64,000 nt of DNA from Heterodontus francisci (taxonomy: Eukaryota), in NCBI RefSeq assembly GCF_036365525.1, contig NC_090387.1, forward strand, positions 76,755,300 through 76,819,299, written 5' to 3'. Positions 1 through 13,820 of this stretch are shown here, piece after piece. A program made the position numbers and the translations under genes. The notes under the pieces were generated by a model. That model worked only from the letters and a program-made list of their open reading frames with translations. It searched no databases and had not been told where the DNA came from. The number at the start of each line of letters is the position of its first letter. Within the stretch, counting starts at the first letter, position 1.

Positions 1-720
1 GACAGTATAAATCGACATTTAGAAAGCAGGGGTCAGTCAAAGACCGTCAGCATTAATTTGATAAGGGAAGGTCATGGCTGACTAACTTGAATTCATTTAG
101 GAGGACTTAACAAAGAGGGTCGATGAGGTAACGCGTTTGATGCAGCCTACTTTTGACAAGTCATATGGCAGACTGACCAGAACAATAAAAGTTCATTGGA
201 TCCAAGGGAAAGTGGTAAAAATATGGATCCAAATTGGTTCAGTGGCAGGAAACAAAAGAAAATGGTCGACAGAAGTTTTTGTGACTGGAAGGTTATTTCC
301 AGTACGGTTAAGCAGGGCTCAGTACTGGGCCAATTCCGTTTTTAAATATAGATCAGTGATTTAGACTCAAATGTAGGGAACATGAGTAAAAAAGCTTGCA
401 GATGATACAAAAAGTGGCCGTCTGGTTGATAGTGAGCAAGGAAATTGTAAACTGCAGGAAGATATCAATGGACTGGCTAGGTTGGTAGAAATATGGCAAA
501 TGGAATTCAATCCAGAGAGTGTAAGGTACTGCATTTGGGGAAGGCAAACAAGGCAGGGGCGTACCGACAAATGGTAGAATTCTGAGAAATATAGAGGAAC
601 GAAGGGGCCTTGGAGTGCATGAAAATAGCAAGACTGGTAGATAAGCTGGTTAAAGAAGGCATGCAGAATACTTTCCTTTATTGGCTGAGGCATAGAATAT
701 AGGAGTCGGGAGGTTAAGCT
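1..720 (+). mobile_element. Decayed CR1 LINE ORF2 (reverse transcriptase) fragment
   Basis: Degenerate CR1 RT motifs (FDK..H.RL, KLADDTK, WQMEFNPE.C.VLHLG) broken by frameshifts. Confidence 0.8.
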
Positions 721-729
721 AGGCGTTTT

Positions 730-2500
730 GTAAATATATTAAAGACAAGAGGACAACTAGTTTAAGAGTAGTGCCCATTATGTACCAACGTGACAATCTG
801 TGCGTGGAGCTGGAGGATGTAGGTGAGGTTTTAAATGATTACGTTTCATCTGTGTTCACTATGGAGAAGGACAACGTAGGTGTAGAGATCAGGGAGAGGG
901 ATAGTAATATATTCGAACAAATTAGAATTGAAAGGGAGGAGGTATTATTGGTTTTAGCGGGCATAAAAGTGGATAAATCCCCAGTCCCAGATGAGATGTA
1001 TCACAGGCTGTTATGTGAGGCAAAGGAGGAGAGAAGCGCGGCTCAGACACACATTTTCAAATCCTCTCTGGCCAAAGGAGAGGTGCCAGACGACTGGAGG
1101 ACAGTGAATATGGTACCATTATTCAAGAAGGGTTGCAGGGATAAACCAGGTAATTACAGGCTGGTGAATCTAACATCAGTGGTAGGAAAACTATTGGAAA
1201 AAAATCTGAGGGACAGGATTAATCTCCAGTTGGAGAGGCAGGGATTAATCAAGGATAGTCAGCATGGATGTGTCAGGGGGAGATCGTGTCTAACAAACTT
1301 GATTGAACTTTTTAGAGGAGGTGAATAGACGTGCAGATGAGGGTAAAGCAGTTGATGTAGTCTGCATGGACTTCAGTAAGGCTTTTGACAAGGTCCTGCA
1401 GGGGAGATTGGTTAGGAAGGTAAAAGCGCATGGGATCAAGGGCAATTTGGCAAATTGGATCCAAAACTGACTTGTGGCAGGAGGCCAGGTGATGGTCGGG
1501 GGTTGTTTTTGTGAATGGAAGCCTGTGATCAGTGGTATACCACAGGGATCCGTGCTGGGACACTTGCAGTTTGTAGTGTACATTAATGATTTAGACATGA
1601 ATATAGGAGGTATGATCAGTAAGTTTGCAGATGAGACAAACATTGATGGTGTCGTAAATAGTGAGGAGGACGATGCAGATGGGCTGGGGATGTGCAGAGC
1701 AGTGGCAAATGGAACTTAATCCTGAGAGGTGTGAGATGATGCAATTTGGGAGAATTAACAAGGTAAGGGAATATACAATGGGTGGTAGGACCCGAGGATG
1801 TACAGAGGCTCAGAGGGATCTTGGTGTACTTGTCCATGCATCACTGAAGGCAGCAGCACAGATAGATAAGGTGGTAAGGAAGGCATATGGAATACTGGCC
1901 TTTATTAGCATTGAATATAAGAATTGGGAGGTTATGATGGAGCTGTGTAAAATGCTAGTACTGTGTACAGTTCTACTGTGTACAGCACACTATAGAAAGA
2001 ATATGATTGCACTGGAGAGGGTGCAGAGGAGATTCACCAGGATGTTGCCTGGGCTGGAGAATTTCAGCTACGACGAGGGACTGAATAGGCTAGGGTTGTT
2101 TTCCTTAGAGTAGATAGGCTGAGAGGAGACCTGATAGAGGTATACAAAATTATAAGGGGCATAGATAGGGTAGATGGAAAGAACCTTTTCCCTTGGCGGA
2201 GGTATCAATAACCAGAAGGCATAGATTTAAGGTAAGGGGCAGGAGGTATAGAGGGGATTTGAGCAAAAGATTTTTCACCCAGAGGGTGGTTCGAATGCAT
2301 TGCCTGAAGAGGTGGTAGAGGCAGGAACCCTCACAAAATTTAAAAAGTATTTAGATGAGCACTTGAAACGCCATCGCAGACAAGGCTACGGGCCACGTGC
2401 TGGAAAATGGGATTAGAATAGTTAGGTGCTTGATGACCAGCACAAACACAATGGGCCGAAGGGCATGTTTCTGTGCTGTATTGCTCTATGACTCTTTGAC
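730..2500 (+). mobile_element. 5'-truncated CR1 LINE (ORF2 RT to 3' end), inactive
   Basis: ORFs 771-1328 (DWRTVNMVPLFKKG..PGNYR), 1474-1719 (GIPQGSVLG, KFADET), 1661-2113 (LERVQRRFTRMLPGL); CR1-type 3' tail near 2450-2500. Confidence 0.9.
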
Positions 2501-2509
2501 TCTAACTGT

Positions 2510-3030
2510 ACAAAACAATAGTTATGCCACAGCTAGAGGGCTGTGCACATTTCTCGTCACTGCATTACAGAAAGGATGCGATTACACTAGAGAGGGTGCA
2601 GATGAGATTTAAGAGGATGTTGCCAGGATTTATGAGTTTTTGATCGATAGGCTGGAGTTGATTTCTTTAGAATACACGAGGCTGAGCAGCGATTTAATTG
2701 GAGTTTATAAACTTATAAGGAGCTTCGATAGAGTGGGTAGGAAGGATCTATTTCCATTAACGAAGAGGCCAGTAACCAGGGGTCATAGATTTAATGTAAT
2801 TGGTTGAAGAATTACCAGGGAGCCGAGGAACTGAAAGGGTGGTAGAGGCAGAAGCTGTCATCATATTTTAAAAAAAACTTGGCGATGCATGTGAAGTGCC
2901 ATAACCTACAGGGGTATGAACCAAGAGCTGGAAGGTGGGGTTAAACTGGGTAGCTCTGTTCCGGCAGGTACATATATGATGGACCAAAAGGCCTCCTCGG
3001 CGCTGTAAAATTTCCATGTTTCTGTACTCT
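2510..3030 (+). mobile_element. CR1 LINE 3' fragment, degenerate
   Basis: Resembles ORF2 C-terminus (LERVQ.RF.RMLPG) and CR1 3' UTR. Confidence 0.75.
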
Positions 3031-4414
3031 TTGTTATGTCACTACCTCTTTTTAGGTTGAAGTTATCCTGCTACATTTGAATCAATACTCAGTGATAGTA
3101 CAAACGTAAAGCCAGCTCTCAATCTGACTCCTCGGCATAAGCAAGACTGCCTCGTGCAGATCCCACGCCACTTCGTTTTGACACTACTTTGTTCTGCATT
3201 AAGTCTATTCAAAAGTATCCAGGCACAAGTGTGCCACTTGTGGACTTCTTAAACTTTCCATAGGATCGTTGTCATGATTTCAGAAAGCGGATTCAACCCC
3301 TTGAAGAATTTGACAACCTACAAGAGATATCGGCCGCCGGATATAGAAAAAGTAGAGTGCTACCGGTAATCAAGCTGTTTAATTGCACAGCTACTGATCC
3401 GGGAGCAACAGAATTTTATCGGTTATTCCAAACAATAGCTTGCAGAAAGTTGGCAAAAATTGGGTTTCCGTCCATTTTCCTCATGATACGGCAGTTATTC
3501 GGGACAACCTCTAGCCAAAATGTAAGGAAAAATCCAGAATTTAACACTGTGCGGTGAAACACTCTCCCTAGTCCAACCCAATTATTGTCCTGTTTAAACT
3601 TGAGCTAGATTCGTCACTTCTGCTTATTTTCACTTCGGTAGCATTATGCACCAACAACCCCGGTAAACTTTAGGATAAGCTTTAAACCCCACCGCCTGTC
3701 CAGCACCAACACCACTTCGATCCATGTCCCCAATATTTCATATCTCGCTTCCCCACTGCAGCCATTCCTTTAACATGCCTTTGCCACCTTCACATCTGAC
3801 TATTCTGATGCTTGCCGTATCGACCTCTCGTCATTCATCCTTCATAAACATCAATTTGCCCGATATTCTGTTGCATATGTTTCATACTGCGCTAATTACC
3901 ACTTAGCCACTGACTTGGACTGCCTCGTCGTTCTAATATATTCAATTTAAAATCTCTATCCTCATCTATAAAACCCTCCATGGTCTACACTCTATCTGCA
4001 AATTTCTGCAGCCCGATACGCACTGCAAATTCAGGGGCTTTTTTTTGCTGTAGAAAGGGCTGGGGTTTTTCTCCCTGTGCATCTCCGTCTCCCCGTTCCG
4101 GTATTACTGGTGGTAAAACATTGAGTCACGTCATGCTACTGTTTCGAATCTCGCTGCGGATATATAATTGTCTTTATCACCAATTGCGCTTAATGTTGTC
4201 AGAACGCTTCTTCCGTGTCTACATATTACTGGCCTATTGCATTAGTCAATTGAGAAAACATCTTCGGAAGTATTCATGACCTTGAGGGTAAATAACTGTA
4301 ACTTGCTGATGGAATAATCAATTCCTACGCGGATTCGGTGAGCAAGGAGGAATTTAACTTCTCCGCTCATACAAAGCCGCTTGAGTCGGACCAAAGCCGA
4401 ACAAGAATAGTGAA

Positions 4415-7400
4415 AATAAAGAACAAAGAACAAAGAAAATTTCAGCACAAGAATAGGCCCTTCGGCCCTCCAAGCCTGCGCCGATCCAGATCCTCTATCT
4501 AAACATGACGCCTTTTTTCTAACGGTCTGTATATCTCTTCACTTCCTGCCCATTCATGTATCTGTCTAGATACATCTTAAAAGACGCTATCGTGCCCGCC
4601 CTACCACCTCCGCTGGCAACGCGTTCCAGGCACCCACCACCCTCTGCGTAAAGAACTTTCCACACATATCCCCCCTAAACTTTTCCCCTATCACTTTGAA
4701 CTCGTGACCCCTAGTAATTGAATCCCCCACTCTGGGAAAAAGCTTCTTGCTATCCACCCTGTCTATACCTCTCATGATTTTGTACACCTCAATCAGGTCC
4801 CCCCTCAACCTCCGTCTTTCTAATGAAAATAATCCTAATCTACTCAACCTCTCTTCATAGCTAGCGCCCTCCATACCAGGCAACATCCTGGTGAACCTCC
4901 TCTGCACCCTCTCCAAAGCATCCACATCCTTTTGGTAATGTGGCGACCAGAACTTTAGTTTAGTTTAGAGATACAGCACTGAAACAGGCCCTTCGGCCCA
5001 CCGAGTCTGTGCCGACCATCAACCACCCATTTATACTAATCCTACACTAATCCCATATTCCGATCACATCCCCACCTGTCCCTATATATTTCCCTACCAC
5101 CTACCTATACTAGGGGCAATTTATAATGGCCAATTTACCTATCAACCTGCAAGTCTTTGGCATGTGGGAGGAAACCGGAGCACCCGGAGGAAACCCACGC
5201 AGACACAGGGAGAACTTGCAAACTCCGCACAGGCAGTACCCAGAATTGAACCCGGGTCCCTGGAGCTGTGAAGCTGCGGTGCTAACCACTGCGCCACTGT
5301 GCCGCCCCAACTGTACGCAGTATTCCAAATGTGGCCGAACCAAAGTCCTATACAACTGTAACATGACCTGCCAACTCTTGTACTCAACACCCCGTCCGAT
5401 GAAGGAAAGCATGCCGTATGCCTTCTTCACTACTCTATTGACCTGCGTTGCCACCTTCAGGGAACAATGGACCTGAACACCCAAATCTCTCTGTACATCA
5501 ATTTTCCCCAGGACTTTTCCATTTACTGTATAGTTCACTCTTGAATTGGATCTTCCAAAATGCATCACCTCTCATTTGCCCTGATTGAACTCCATCTGCC
5601 ATTTCTCTGCCCAACTCTCCAGTCTATCTATATTCTGCTGTATTCTCTGACAGTCCCCTTCACTATCTGCTACTCCACCAATCTTAGTGTCGTCTGCAAA
5701 CTTGCTAATCAGACCACCTATACTTTCCTCCAAAACATTTATGTATATCACAAACAACAGTGGTCCCGGCATGGATCCCTGTGGAACACCACTGTCACAC
5801 GTCTCCTTTTGAGAAACTCCCTTCCACTGCTACTCTCTGTCTCCTGTTGCCCAGCCAGTTCTTTATCCATCTAGCTAGTACACCTTGGACCCCATGCTCC
5901 TTCACTTTCTCCATCAGCCTACCATGGGGAACCGTATCAAACGCCTTACTGAAGTCCATGTATATGACAGCTACAGCCCATCCCTCATCAATCAACTTTG
6001 TCACTTCCTCAAAGAATTCTATTAAGTTGGTAAGACATGACCTTCCCTGCACAAAACCATGTTGCCTATCACTGATAAGCCCATTTTCTTCCAAATGGGA
6101 ATAGATCCTACCCTCAGTAACTTCTCCAGCAGCTTCTCTACCACTGACGTCAGGCTCACCGGTCTAAATTACCTGGATTATCCCTGCTACCCTTCTTAAA
6201 CAAGGGGACAACATTAGCAATTCTCCAGTCCTCTGGGACCTCACCCGTGTTTAAGGATGCTGCAAAGATATCTGTTAAGGCACCAGCTATTTCCTCTCTC
6301 GCTTCCCTCAGTAACCTGGGATAGATCCCATCCGGACCTGGGGACTTGTCCACCTTAATGCCTTTTAGGATACCCAACACTTCCTCCATCCTTATGCTGA
6401 CTTGAACTCGAGTAATCAAACACCTGTTCCTAACCTCAACATCCTTCATGTCCCTCTCCTCGGTGAATACCGATGCAAAGTACTCGTTTAGAATCTCACC
6501 CATTTTCTCTGACTCCACGCATAACTTTCCTCCTTTGTCCTTGAGTGGGCCAATCCTTTCTCTAGTTACCCTCTTGCTCCTTATATATGAATAAAAGGCT
6601 TTGGGATTTTCCTTAACCCTGTTTGCTAAGGATATTTCATGACCCCTTTTAGCCCTCTTAATTCCTCGTTTCAGATTGGTCCTACATTCCCGATATTTTT
6701 TCAAAGCTTCGTCTTTCTTCAGCCACCTAGACCTTATGTATGCTTCCTTTTTCCTCTTAGCTAGGCTCACAATTTCACCTGTCATCCATGGTTCCCTAAT
6801 CTTGCCATTTCTACCCCTCATTTTCACAGGAACATGTCTCTCCTGCACGCTAATCAACCTCTCTTTAAAAGCCTCCCACATATCACATGTGGATTTACCT
6901 TCAAACAGCTGCTCCCAATGTACATTCCCCAGCTCCTGCTGAATTTTGGTATAGTTGGCCTTCCCCCAATTTAGCACTCTTCCTTTCGGACCACTCTCGT
7001 CTTTGTCCATGAGTATTTTAAAGCTTACGGAATTGTGATCACTATTCCCAAAGTAGTCCCCTACCGAAACTTCAAACACCTGGCCGGGCTCATTCCCCAA
7101 CACCAGGTCCAGTATGGCCCCTTCCCGAGTTGGACTATTTACATACTGCTCTGGAAAACCCTCCTGGATGCTCCTGACAAATTCTGCTCCATCTAGACCT
7201 CTAACACTAAGTGAATCCCAGTCAATGTTGGGAAAATTAACATCTCCTATCACCACCACCCTGTTGCTCCTACATCTTTCCATAATCTGTTTACATATTT
7301 GTACCTCTATCTCACGCTCGCTGTTGGGAGGCCTGTAGTACAGCCCCAACATTGTTACTGCACTTTTCCTATTTCTGAGTTCTGCCCATATTGCCTCACT

Positions 7401-7893
7401 GCTCGAGTCCTCCATAGTGCCCCCCTTCAGCATAGCTGTGATTTCCTCTTTGACCAGTAATGCAACTCCTCCACCCCTTTTACCTCCCTCTCTATCCCGC
7501 CTGAAGCATCGATATCCTGGGATATTTAGTTGCCAATCATGCCCTTCCCTCAACCAATTCTCAGTAATAGCAATAACATCATACTCCCAGGTACTAATCC
7601 AAGCCCTAAGTTCATCTGCCTTACCTACTACACTTCTTGCATTACAACAAATGCACCTCAGACCACCAGTCCCTTTGCGTTCATCATCTGCTCCCTGCCT
7701 TCTCTTCCCCTTAGTCACGCTGACTTCATTATCTAGTTCCTTACAGGCTTTCGTTACTACCTCCTTACTGTCCACTGACCTCCTCATTTGGTTCCCATCC
7801 CCCTGCCACATTAGTTTAAACCCTCCCCAACAGCGTTAGCAAAAGCATTCCCAAGGACATTGGTTCCAGTCCGGCCCAGGTGTAGACCGTCCA
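4415..7893 (-). mobile_element. Relatively young 5'-truncated CR1 LINE (APE endonuclease + RT, frameshifted), interrupted by a SINE
   Basis: ORF 6156-7811 carries APE motifs (CNARS, DVIAITENW, GLYYRPP, GDVNFP, SDHN); RT pieces at 5795-6094, 5572-5772, 5110-5568, 4587-4925; aagaacaa tail repeats at ~4419. Confidence 0.95.
4955..5308 (-). mobile_element. tRNA-derived V-SINE (HE1-like) nested in CR1
   Basis: On the minus strand: tRNA A/B-box head (GTGGCGCAGTGG...GGTTCAATTC), V core TCTGCGTGGGTTTCCTCCGGGTGCTCCGGTTTCCTCCCA, CR1-like tail ending in CTAAA repeats. Confidence 0.9.
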
Positions 7894-8420
7894 AATATAT
7901 TCTCTCTAATAAAGAAATGCATTTCGCGGCGTACAAGGCATGAAATCTTGCTGAAAATCTCGAAATTTAAAGCAATGAAAGAATCATTTTTTATTTCGAG
8001 TAATGAGTTGTGTTGGGAAAAGTATTGACCGAACTTTGCAGGTTTAGTGTCCTTTCACTCCCCCAAATCTTACGCAAACTCACCCTCTGACACAGCCAGC
8101 AGCGGGCGAATTTTCCCAGGCTGAGAAAATTGCTGAAAACAATACTGCTCTAAAATCCTAACCTGGCCTTTGACAGGCAGTGTTCTGTGCCTATGTGCAC
8201 TGCAACTATTTCGAAAGAGCACATTGGTGCCATGAATATCAACAGATAAAACTTCCACTTCAAAGATAATAACAACCACTGGTCGCCAAAAAATAAGTTT
8301 CCTTTTACCCATGTAGCTATGAATGGGTCTAATGGCACTTGAATGAATGCGGCAACTTAGAAGTGGGAAATACAACGCTGATATAACTGACGTATTTAGA
8401 AACTTAAAAGTGTAAATCAA

Positions 8421-8548
8421 TACCTTCTTCGGAACTGGAAGAAGGGTTCCGAAGAAGGGTCACTGACCCGAAACGTTAACTCTGCTTCTCTTTCCACAGA
8501 TGCTGCCAGACCTGCTGAGTGATTCCAGCATTTCTTGTTTTTATTATT
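8421..8548 (+). mobile_element. Penelope-like element terminal fragment with minimal hammerhead-like motif and short inverted copy
   Basis: CCGAAGA-a-GGGTC act GACCC-GAAACGTT at ~8449-8477; ccttcttcggaac (8423-8435) is the inverted copy of gttccgaagaagg (8446-8458). Confidence 0.65.
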
Positions 8549-8597
8549 GCTAATTTTATCTGTTTGGCATTTTCACCGAAATCCTTAGAACCGACAT

Positions 8598-11500
8598 GAT
8601 CACAGAATCACAGAACAATACAATGCAGAAGACGCCCTTCGGCCCATCGAGTCTGCACCGATGCATTAAAGACACCTGACCTGTCTACCTAATCCCATTT
8701 GCCAGCACTTGGCCCATGGCCTTGAATGTTACGACGTGCCAAGTGCTCATCCAGGTACTTTTTAAAGGATGTGAGGCAACCCGCCTCTGCCACCCTCCCA
8801 GGCAATGCATTCCAGACCGTCACCACCCTCTGGGTAAAAAGGTTCTTCCTCAAATCCCCCTTAAACCTCCTGCCCCTCACCTTAAATTTGTGTCCTCTCG
8901 TAACTGACCCTTCAACGAAGGGGAACAGCTACTCCCTATGCACCCTGTCCATGTCCCTCATAATCTTGTACACATCGATCAGGTCACCCCTCAGTCTTCT
9001 CTGCTCCAGCAAAAACAACCCAAGCCTATCCAACCTCTCTTCGTAGCTTAAATGTTCCATCCCAGGCACCATCCTGGTGAATCGCATCTGCACCCCCTCA
9101 GTCCAATCACATCCTTCCTATAATGTGGCGACCAGAACTGCACACAGTACTCCAGCTGTGGCCTTACCAAAGTTCTATACAACTCCAACATGACCTCCCT
9201 GCTTTTGTAATCTATGCCTCAATTGATAAAGGCAAGTGTCCCATCTGCCTTTTTCACCATCCTATTAACCTGCCCTTCTGCCTTCAGATATCGATAGACA
9301 AACACGCCAAGGTCCCTTTGTTCCTCAGAACTTCCCAGTGTCAGGCCATTCATTGAATACTTCTGTGTCACATTACTCCTTCCAAAGCGTATCACCTCAC
9401 ACTTTTCAGGGTTAAATTCCATCTGCCACTTTTCCGCCCATTTGAGCATCCTGTCTATATCTTCTTGTAACCCAAGACACTCAACCTCACTATTAACCAC
9501 TCGGCCAATCTTTGTGTCATCCGCAAACTTACTGATCCGACCCCCCACATAGTCATCTATGTTGTTTATATAAATGACAAACAATAGGGGACCCAGCACA
9601 GATCCCTGTGGTATGCCACTGGACACTGGCTTCAAGTCACTAAAACAGCCGTCTGTCATCACACTCTGTCTCCTACAGCTAAGCCAATTTTGAATCCACC
9701 TTAGCAAGTTACCCTGTATCCCATGTGCATTTGCTTTCTTGATAGTTCTCCCATGTGGGACCTTGTCAAAGGTTTGCTGTAAACTACATCAACTGCACTA
9801 CCCTCATCTACACACCTGGTCACATGTTCAAATAATTCAATCAAATTTGTTAGGCATGACCTCCCACTGACAAAGCCATGCTGACTATTCCTAATCAAAT
9901 TTTGCCTCTCCAAGTGGAGATAGATTCTCTCCTTCAGAATTTTCTCCAATAGTTTCCATACCACTGACATGAAACTCACTGTTCTATAGTTCCCGGGCTT
10001 ATCTCTACAAACTTTCTTAAATAGTGGGACCACATTAGCTGTTCTCCAGTCCTCTGGCACCTCCCCCGTGGCCAGAGAGGAATTAAAAATTAGGGTCAGA
10101 GCCCCTGCAATCTCCACCCTCGCCTCCTACAACATCGTTCGGACCTGGAGATGTGTCCACTTTTAAGCCTGCCAAAACCTCCAATACCTTGTCACTCCCT
10201 ATAACAATTTGCTCAAGAACCTCACAGTCTCTCTCTCTCTCTCTGAATTTCATATCTACATCCTCATTCTCTTGGGTGAATACAGATGTGAAGTATTCAT
10301 TCAACACCCTACCAATGTCCTCTGGATCCACCAAAGGTTTGCCCCTTGGTCCCTAATGTGTCCTACTCTTTCCCTGGTTATCCTCTTCCCATTGATATAC
10401 TTATGGAATATCTTGGGATTTTCCCTACTTTCACCAGCCAGAGCTTTCTCATATCCCCTTTTTGCTCTCCTAATTGCTTTCTTAAGCTCCATCCTACACT
10501 TTCTGTAGTCCACTAATGCTTCCGTTGATTTGCTGTCCTTGTATTTGCTAAAAGCCTCTCTTTTCCTTCTCATCGTACCCTGAATGTTTCTGGTCATCCA
10601 TGGTTCTCTGGGCTTGTTGCTCCTACCTGTTACCCTAGAGGGAACATGTTGCGCCTGTACCCTCCCCATTTCATTTTTGAATGCCCCCCACTGCTCTTCT
10701 GTAGATTTCCTGACAAGTAACTCTTTCCAGTCTACCTTGACCAGATCCTGCCTTATTTTACTAAAATTCACTCTCTCCCAATCCAAAATCTTTTTTTGCA
10801 ACTTGTCTATTTCTTTCTCCATAACAAGCTTAAATTGTACCACGTTGTGGTCGCTATCACCAAAATGATCCCCCACCAACACATCAACCACCTACCTGTC
10901 CGGCTTCATTTCCCAGAATTAGGTCCAGCTCTGCACCCTCCCTTGTTGGATCCTCTACATATTGAGCTAAAAAGTTCTCCTGCAAACATTTTAAGAACTC
11001 CACTCCATCTAAGCCCTTAACACGATGACTATCCCAATTAATGTTGGGAAAGTTGAAATCACCTAATATAATTACCCTATTATTTTTACACACCTCTGCG
11101 AATTGCGCACATATTTGCTCCTCAATTTCCCGTTGACTATCTGGGGGTCTATAATAAACACCTAGCAATGTGGCTGTCCCTTTTTTATTCCTAAACTCTA
11201 CCCATAAAGCTTCATTTGATTCCCCCTCCAAGATATCATCTCTCCTTACTGCAGCAACTGACTCCTTAACTAATATTGCAATGCCCCCTCCTCTTTTACC
11301 CCCTCCTCTGTCTCGCCTGAAGATTCTATATCCCGGCATATTGAGCTGCCAATCCTGCCCCTCCCTCAACCATGTCTCCGTGATTGCTACTACATCACAA
11401 TTCCACGTGTCAATCCTTGCCCTTAAGTCATCCGTTTTACCTGTAATACTCCTAGCATTAAAGTAGAGGCCATCCATCCTTGCCTTACTCCCCTGAAACT

Positions 11501-12030
11501 TGCTTCCGTTGTATTTCCTCTGACTTGTTTGCTTTCCTGTGTTTAGCTGTGTCCCTATTCTGCTAGGAGTCTGCGTCCCCTCCACCTGCCAAATTAGTTT
11601 AAACTCCTCCCAAATGCACTAGCAAACCCGCCAGTAAGGATGTTAGTCTCCCTCTGGTTCAGATGTAGACCGTCCCTCTTGTACAGGTCCCACCTTCCCC
11701 AGAAACGGTCCCAGTGGTCCAGGAATCTAACCCCCCCCCCCCCCCCCCCTCCTGCACCAACTCTTAAGCCACGCATTCATCTGTGCTATTCTCCTATTTC
11801 TATACTCGCTAGCACGTGGCACTGGGGGTAATCCAGAAATTACAACCCGAAAGGTCATGCTTTTTAGTCTGCTGCCTAACTCCCTGAATTCTTGATGCAA
11901 GACCTCATCCCTCTTTCTACCTATGTCATTGGTACCAACATGCACCTCTGCCTTATCACCCTCCTCCTTCAGGATGCCCTGCAGCCGTTCAGTGACATCC
12001 CGGACCCTGGCACCAGGGAGGCAACACACC
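8598..12030 (-). mobile_element. CR1 LINE with ORF1 SGNH-esterase portion and frameshifted ORF2
   Basis: ORF1 motifs VCCLPGARVRDV...HVGTND (11727-12032) and DGLHLN (11594-11776); APE 10884-11585; RT 9219-10117; tail repeat atcacaga at ~8600. Confidence 0.95.
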
Positions 12031-12399
12031 ATGATGATTTATTTTCCGTTAAAGTTCTTCCAGTCGTCCCGACATTGCTTCATCGTGTGTTCAGTTGTAC
12101 TGCCACTGTCAGTTTGACATCACAGTGCAGCTCTGTATGTTTATCCCTAAGATGTAGGCTACCGTGTTGCAATTGATCGCTTGCTGATTGGTCGGAGTTG
12201 CTGGTAATTCTGATGCTGACGGGCATTATTGCGGAACATAAAAAATCAACTTCGTTCATGGTAGAATGGTTAAAAGTCACAATTAAATATCTATTTATTT
12301 ACTTTAGCAATTCTATCCCCTCCTCGAGTGCTAATTTTACCTGGCTAGAATGCAACTTTTGTAATACACCAGGAATCACCCTAAAGATTTTTTTCAGTT

Positions 12400-13110
12400 T
12401 AAATACACTTTTTCGTGGTTTGTCAGAGTGGCTAGCAAAGCCAGCATTTGTTGCTCGCTCCTAATTGCCCTTGGGAAGGTAGTATTGAGCTGCCTTCTTG
12501 AATCACTGCAGTCCATCTGGTGTAGGTACACCCACATTGCTGTTCCAGGTTTTTGACCCAGTGACAGTGAAGGAGGGGCGATATAGTTCCAAGTCACCAT
12601 GGTGTGTAGCTTGGAAGGGAGATTGCAGGTGGTGGTGCTGCCAGCGGTCTGCTGTCCTTGTCCTTCTAGGTAGTAGAGATCGTGGATTTGGAAGGTGCTG
12701 TCGAAGGAGTCTTGGTGAGTTGTTACAGTGCATCTTGTATATGGTACTGCTCTCACTGTGCGTCGGTGGTGGAAGGAATGAATCTTTAAGATGGTCAAGC
12801 AGGCAGAATGGTATCGAGCTTCTTGAGTGTTGTTGGAGCTGCACTTATCCAGGCAAGTGGAGAGTATTCCATCACACTCCTGACGTGCCTTGTGGTGGAT
12901 AGGCTTTGGGGAGTCAGGAAGTGAGTTACTTGCCACAGAATTCCCACCCTCTGACCTTCTTGTGTAGCTACAGTATTTATATGGCTGAGCCAGTTCAGTT
13001 TCTGATCAATGACAATCCCTGGGCTGCTGATGGTGCGGGATTCAACGATAGTAATACCATTGAATACAAAGGGAAGATGCTAAGATTCACTCTTGTTGGC
13101 GATGGTGAAG
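12400..13110 (-). mobile_element. Non-LTR retrotransposon 3' fragment of the L2/Crack/Daphne group
   Basis: Minus strand reads approximately VRSVMEYSPLAW.SAAPTTLKKLD across frameshifts; related pieces at ~50213-50500 and ~51500-51900. Confidence 0.6.
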
Positions 13111-13156
13111 TAAGTAGTATAAGAACTAAAACATTCTATGTTGATTCAATACATAA

Positions 13157-13498
13157 CAGTGGCGCAGTGGTTAGCACCGCAGCCTCACAGCTCCAGCGAC
13201 CTGGGTTCAATTCCCGGTACTGCCTGTGTGGAGTTTGCAAGTTCTCCCTGTGTCTGCGTGGGTTTCCTCCGGGTGCTCCGGTTTCCTCCCACACCCCAAA
13301 GACTTGCAGGTTGATAGGTAAATTGGCCATTATAAATTGCCCCCAGTGTAGGTAGGTGGTAGGGAAATATAGGGACGGGTGTGGATGTGGTAGGAACATG
13401 GAATTAGTGCAGGATTAGTATAAATGGGTGGTTGATGGTCGGCACAGACTCGGTGGGCCGAAGGGCCTGTTTCAGTGCTGTATCTCTAAACTAAACTA
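13157..13498 (+). mobile_element. V-SINE (HE1-like)
   Basis: tRNA-like head, V core, CTAAA tail; near-identical to the other copies. Confidence 0.9.
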
Positions 13499-13559
13499 TA
13501 TATTTTTATTCATATCAGGGTCAAGTCTTAAGTTTATTTCTGGCAAGTTTATATAGCAG

Positions 13560-13820
13560 TCCAATACATAGAGCAGTCCCATTGCGTGCACAAACAGAGC
13601 TACGTGTCAATTCCAGGTAGTTTCTCGTGTCTTGGAAAACCACTTATGCAGGAATTGTCAAGAGCTAGGGGATATAACGCTGGATTTCAGAGCTTGAGTC
13701 GCAGCTGGCGTCATTGCATTGTACTCACGAGGCTGAGAGCTAAGTGAATATCATATTTCACGAGGTGGTCAGCCCGCAGCTAAGGAGTGTACAGGCAGAG
13801 AGGGAATGGGTGACAGTCTA
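13560..13820 (+). mobile_element. CR1 ORF1 N-terminal fragment
   Basis: Resembles the CR1 ORF1 zipper region (..ELESQLASL...EWVTV), compare 44570-44775. Confidence 0.55.

Noticed and set aside
6156-7811. Host gene or active retrotransposon
   Set aside because: CR1 ORF2 portion; the downstream RT is frameshifted and SINE-interrupted and the element is 5'-truncated
13157-13230. tRNA gene
   Set aside because: It is the tRNA-derived head of a V-SINE; it continues into the SINE core and recurs in all full copies
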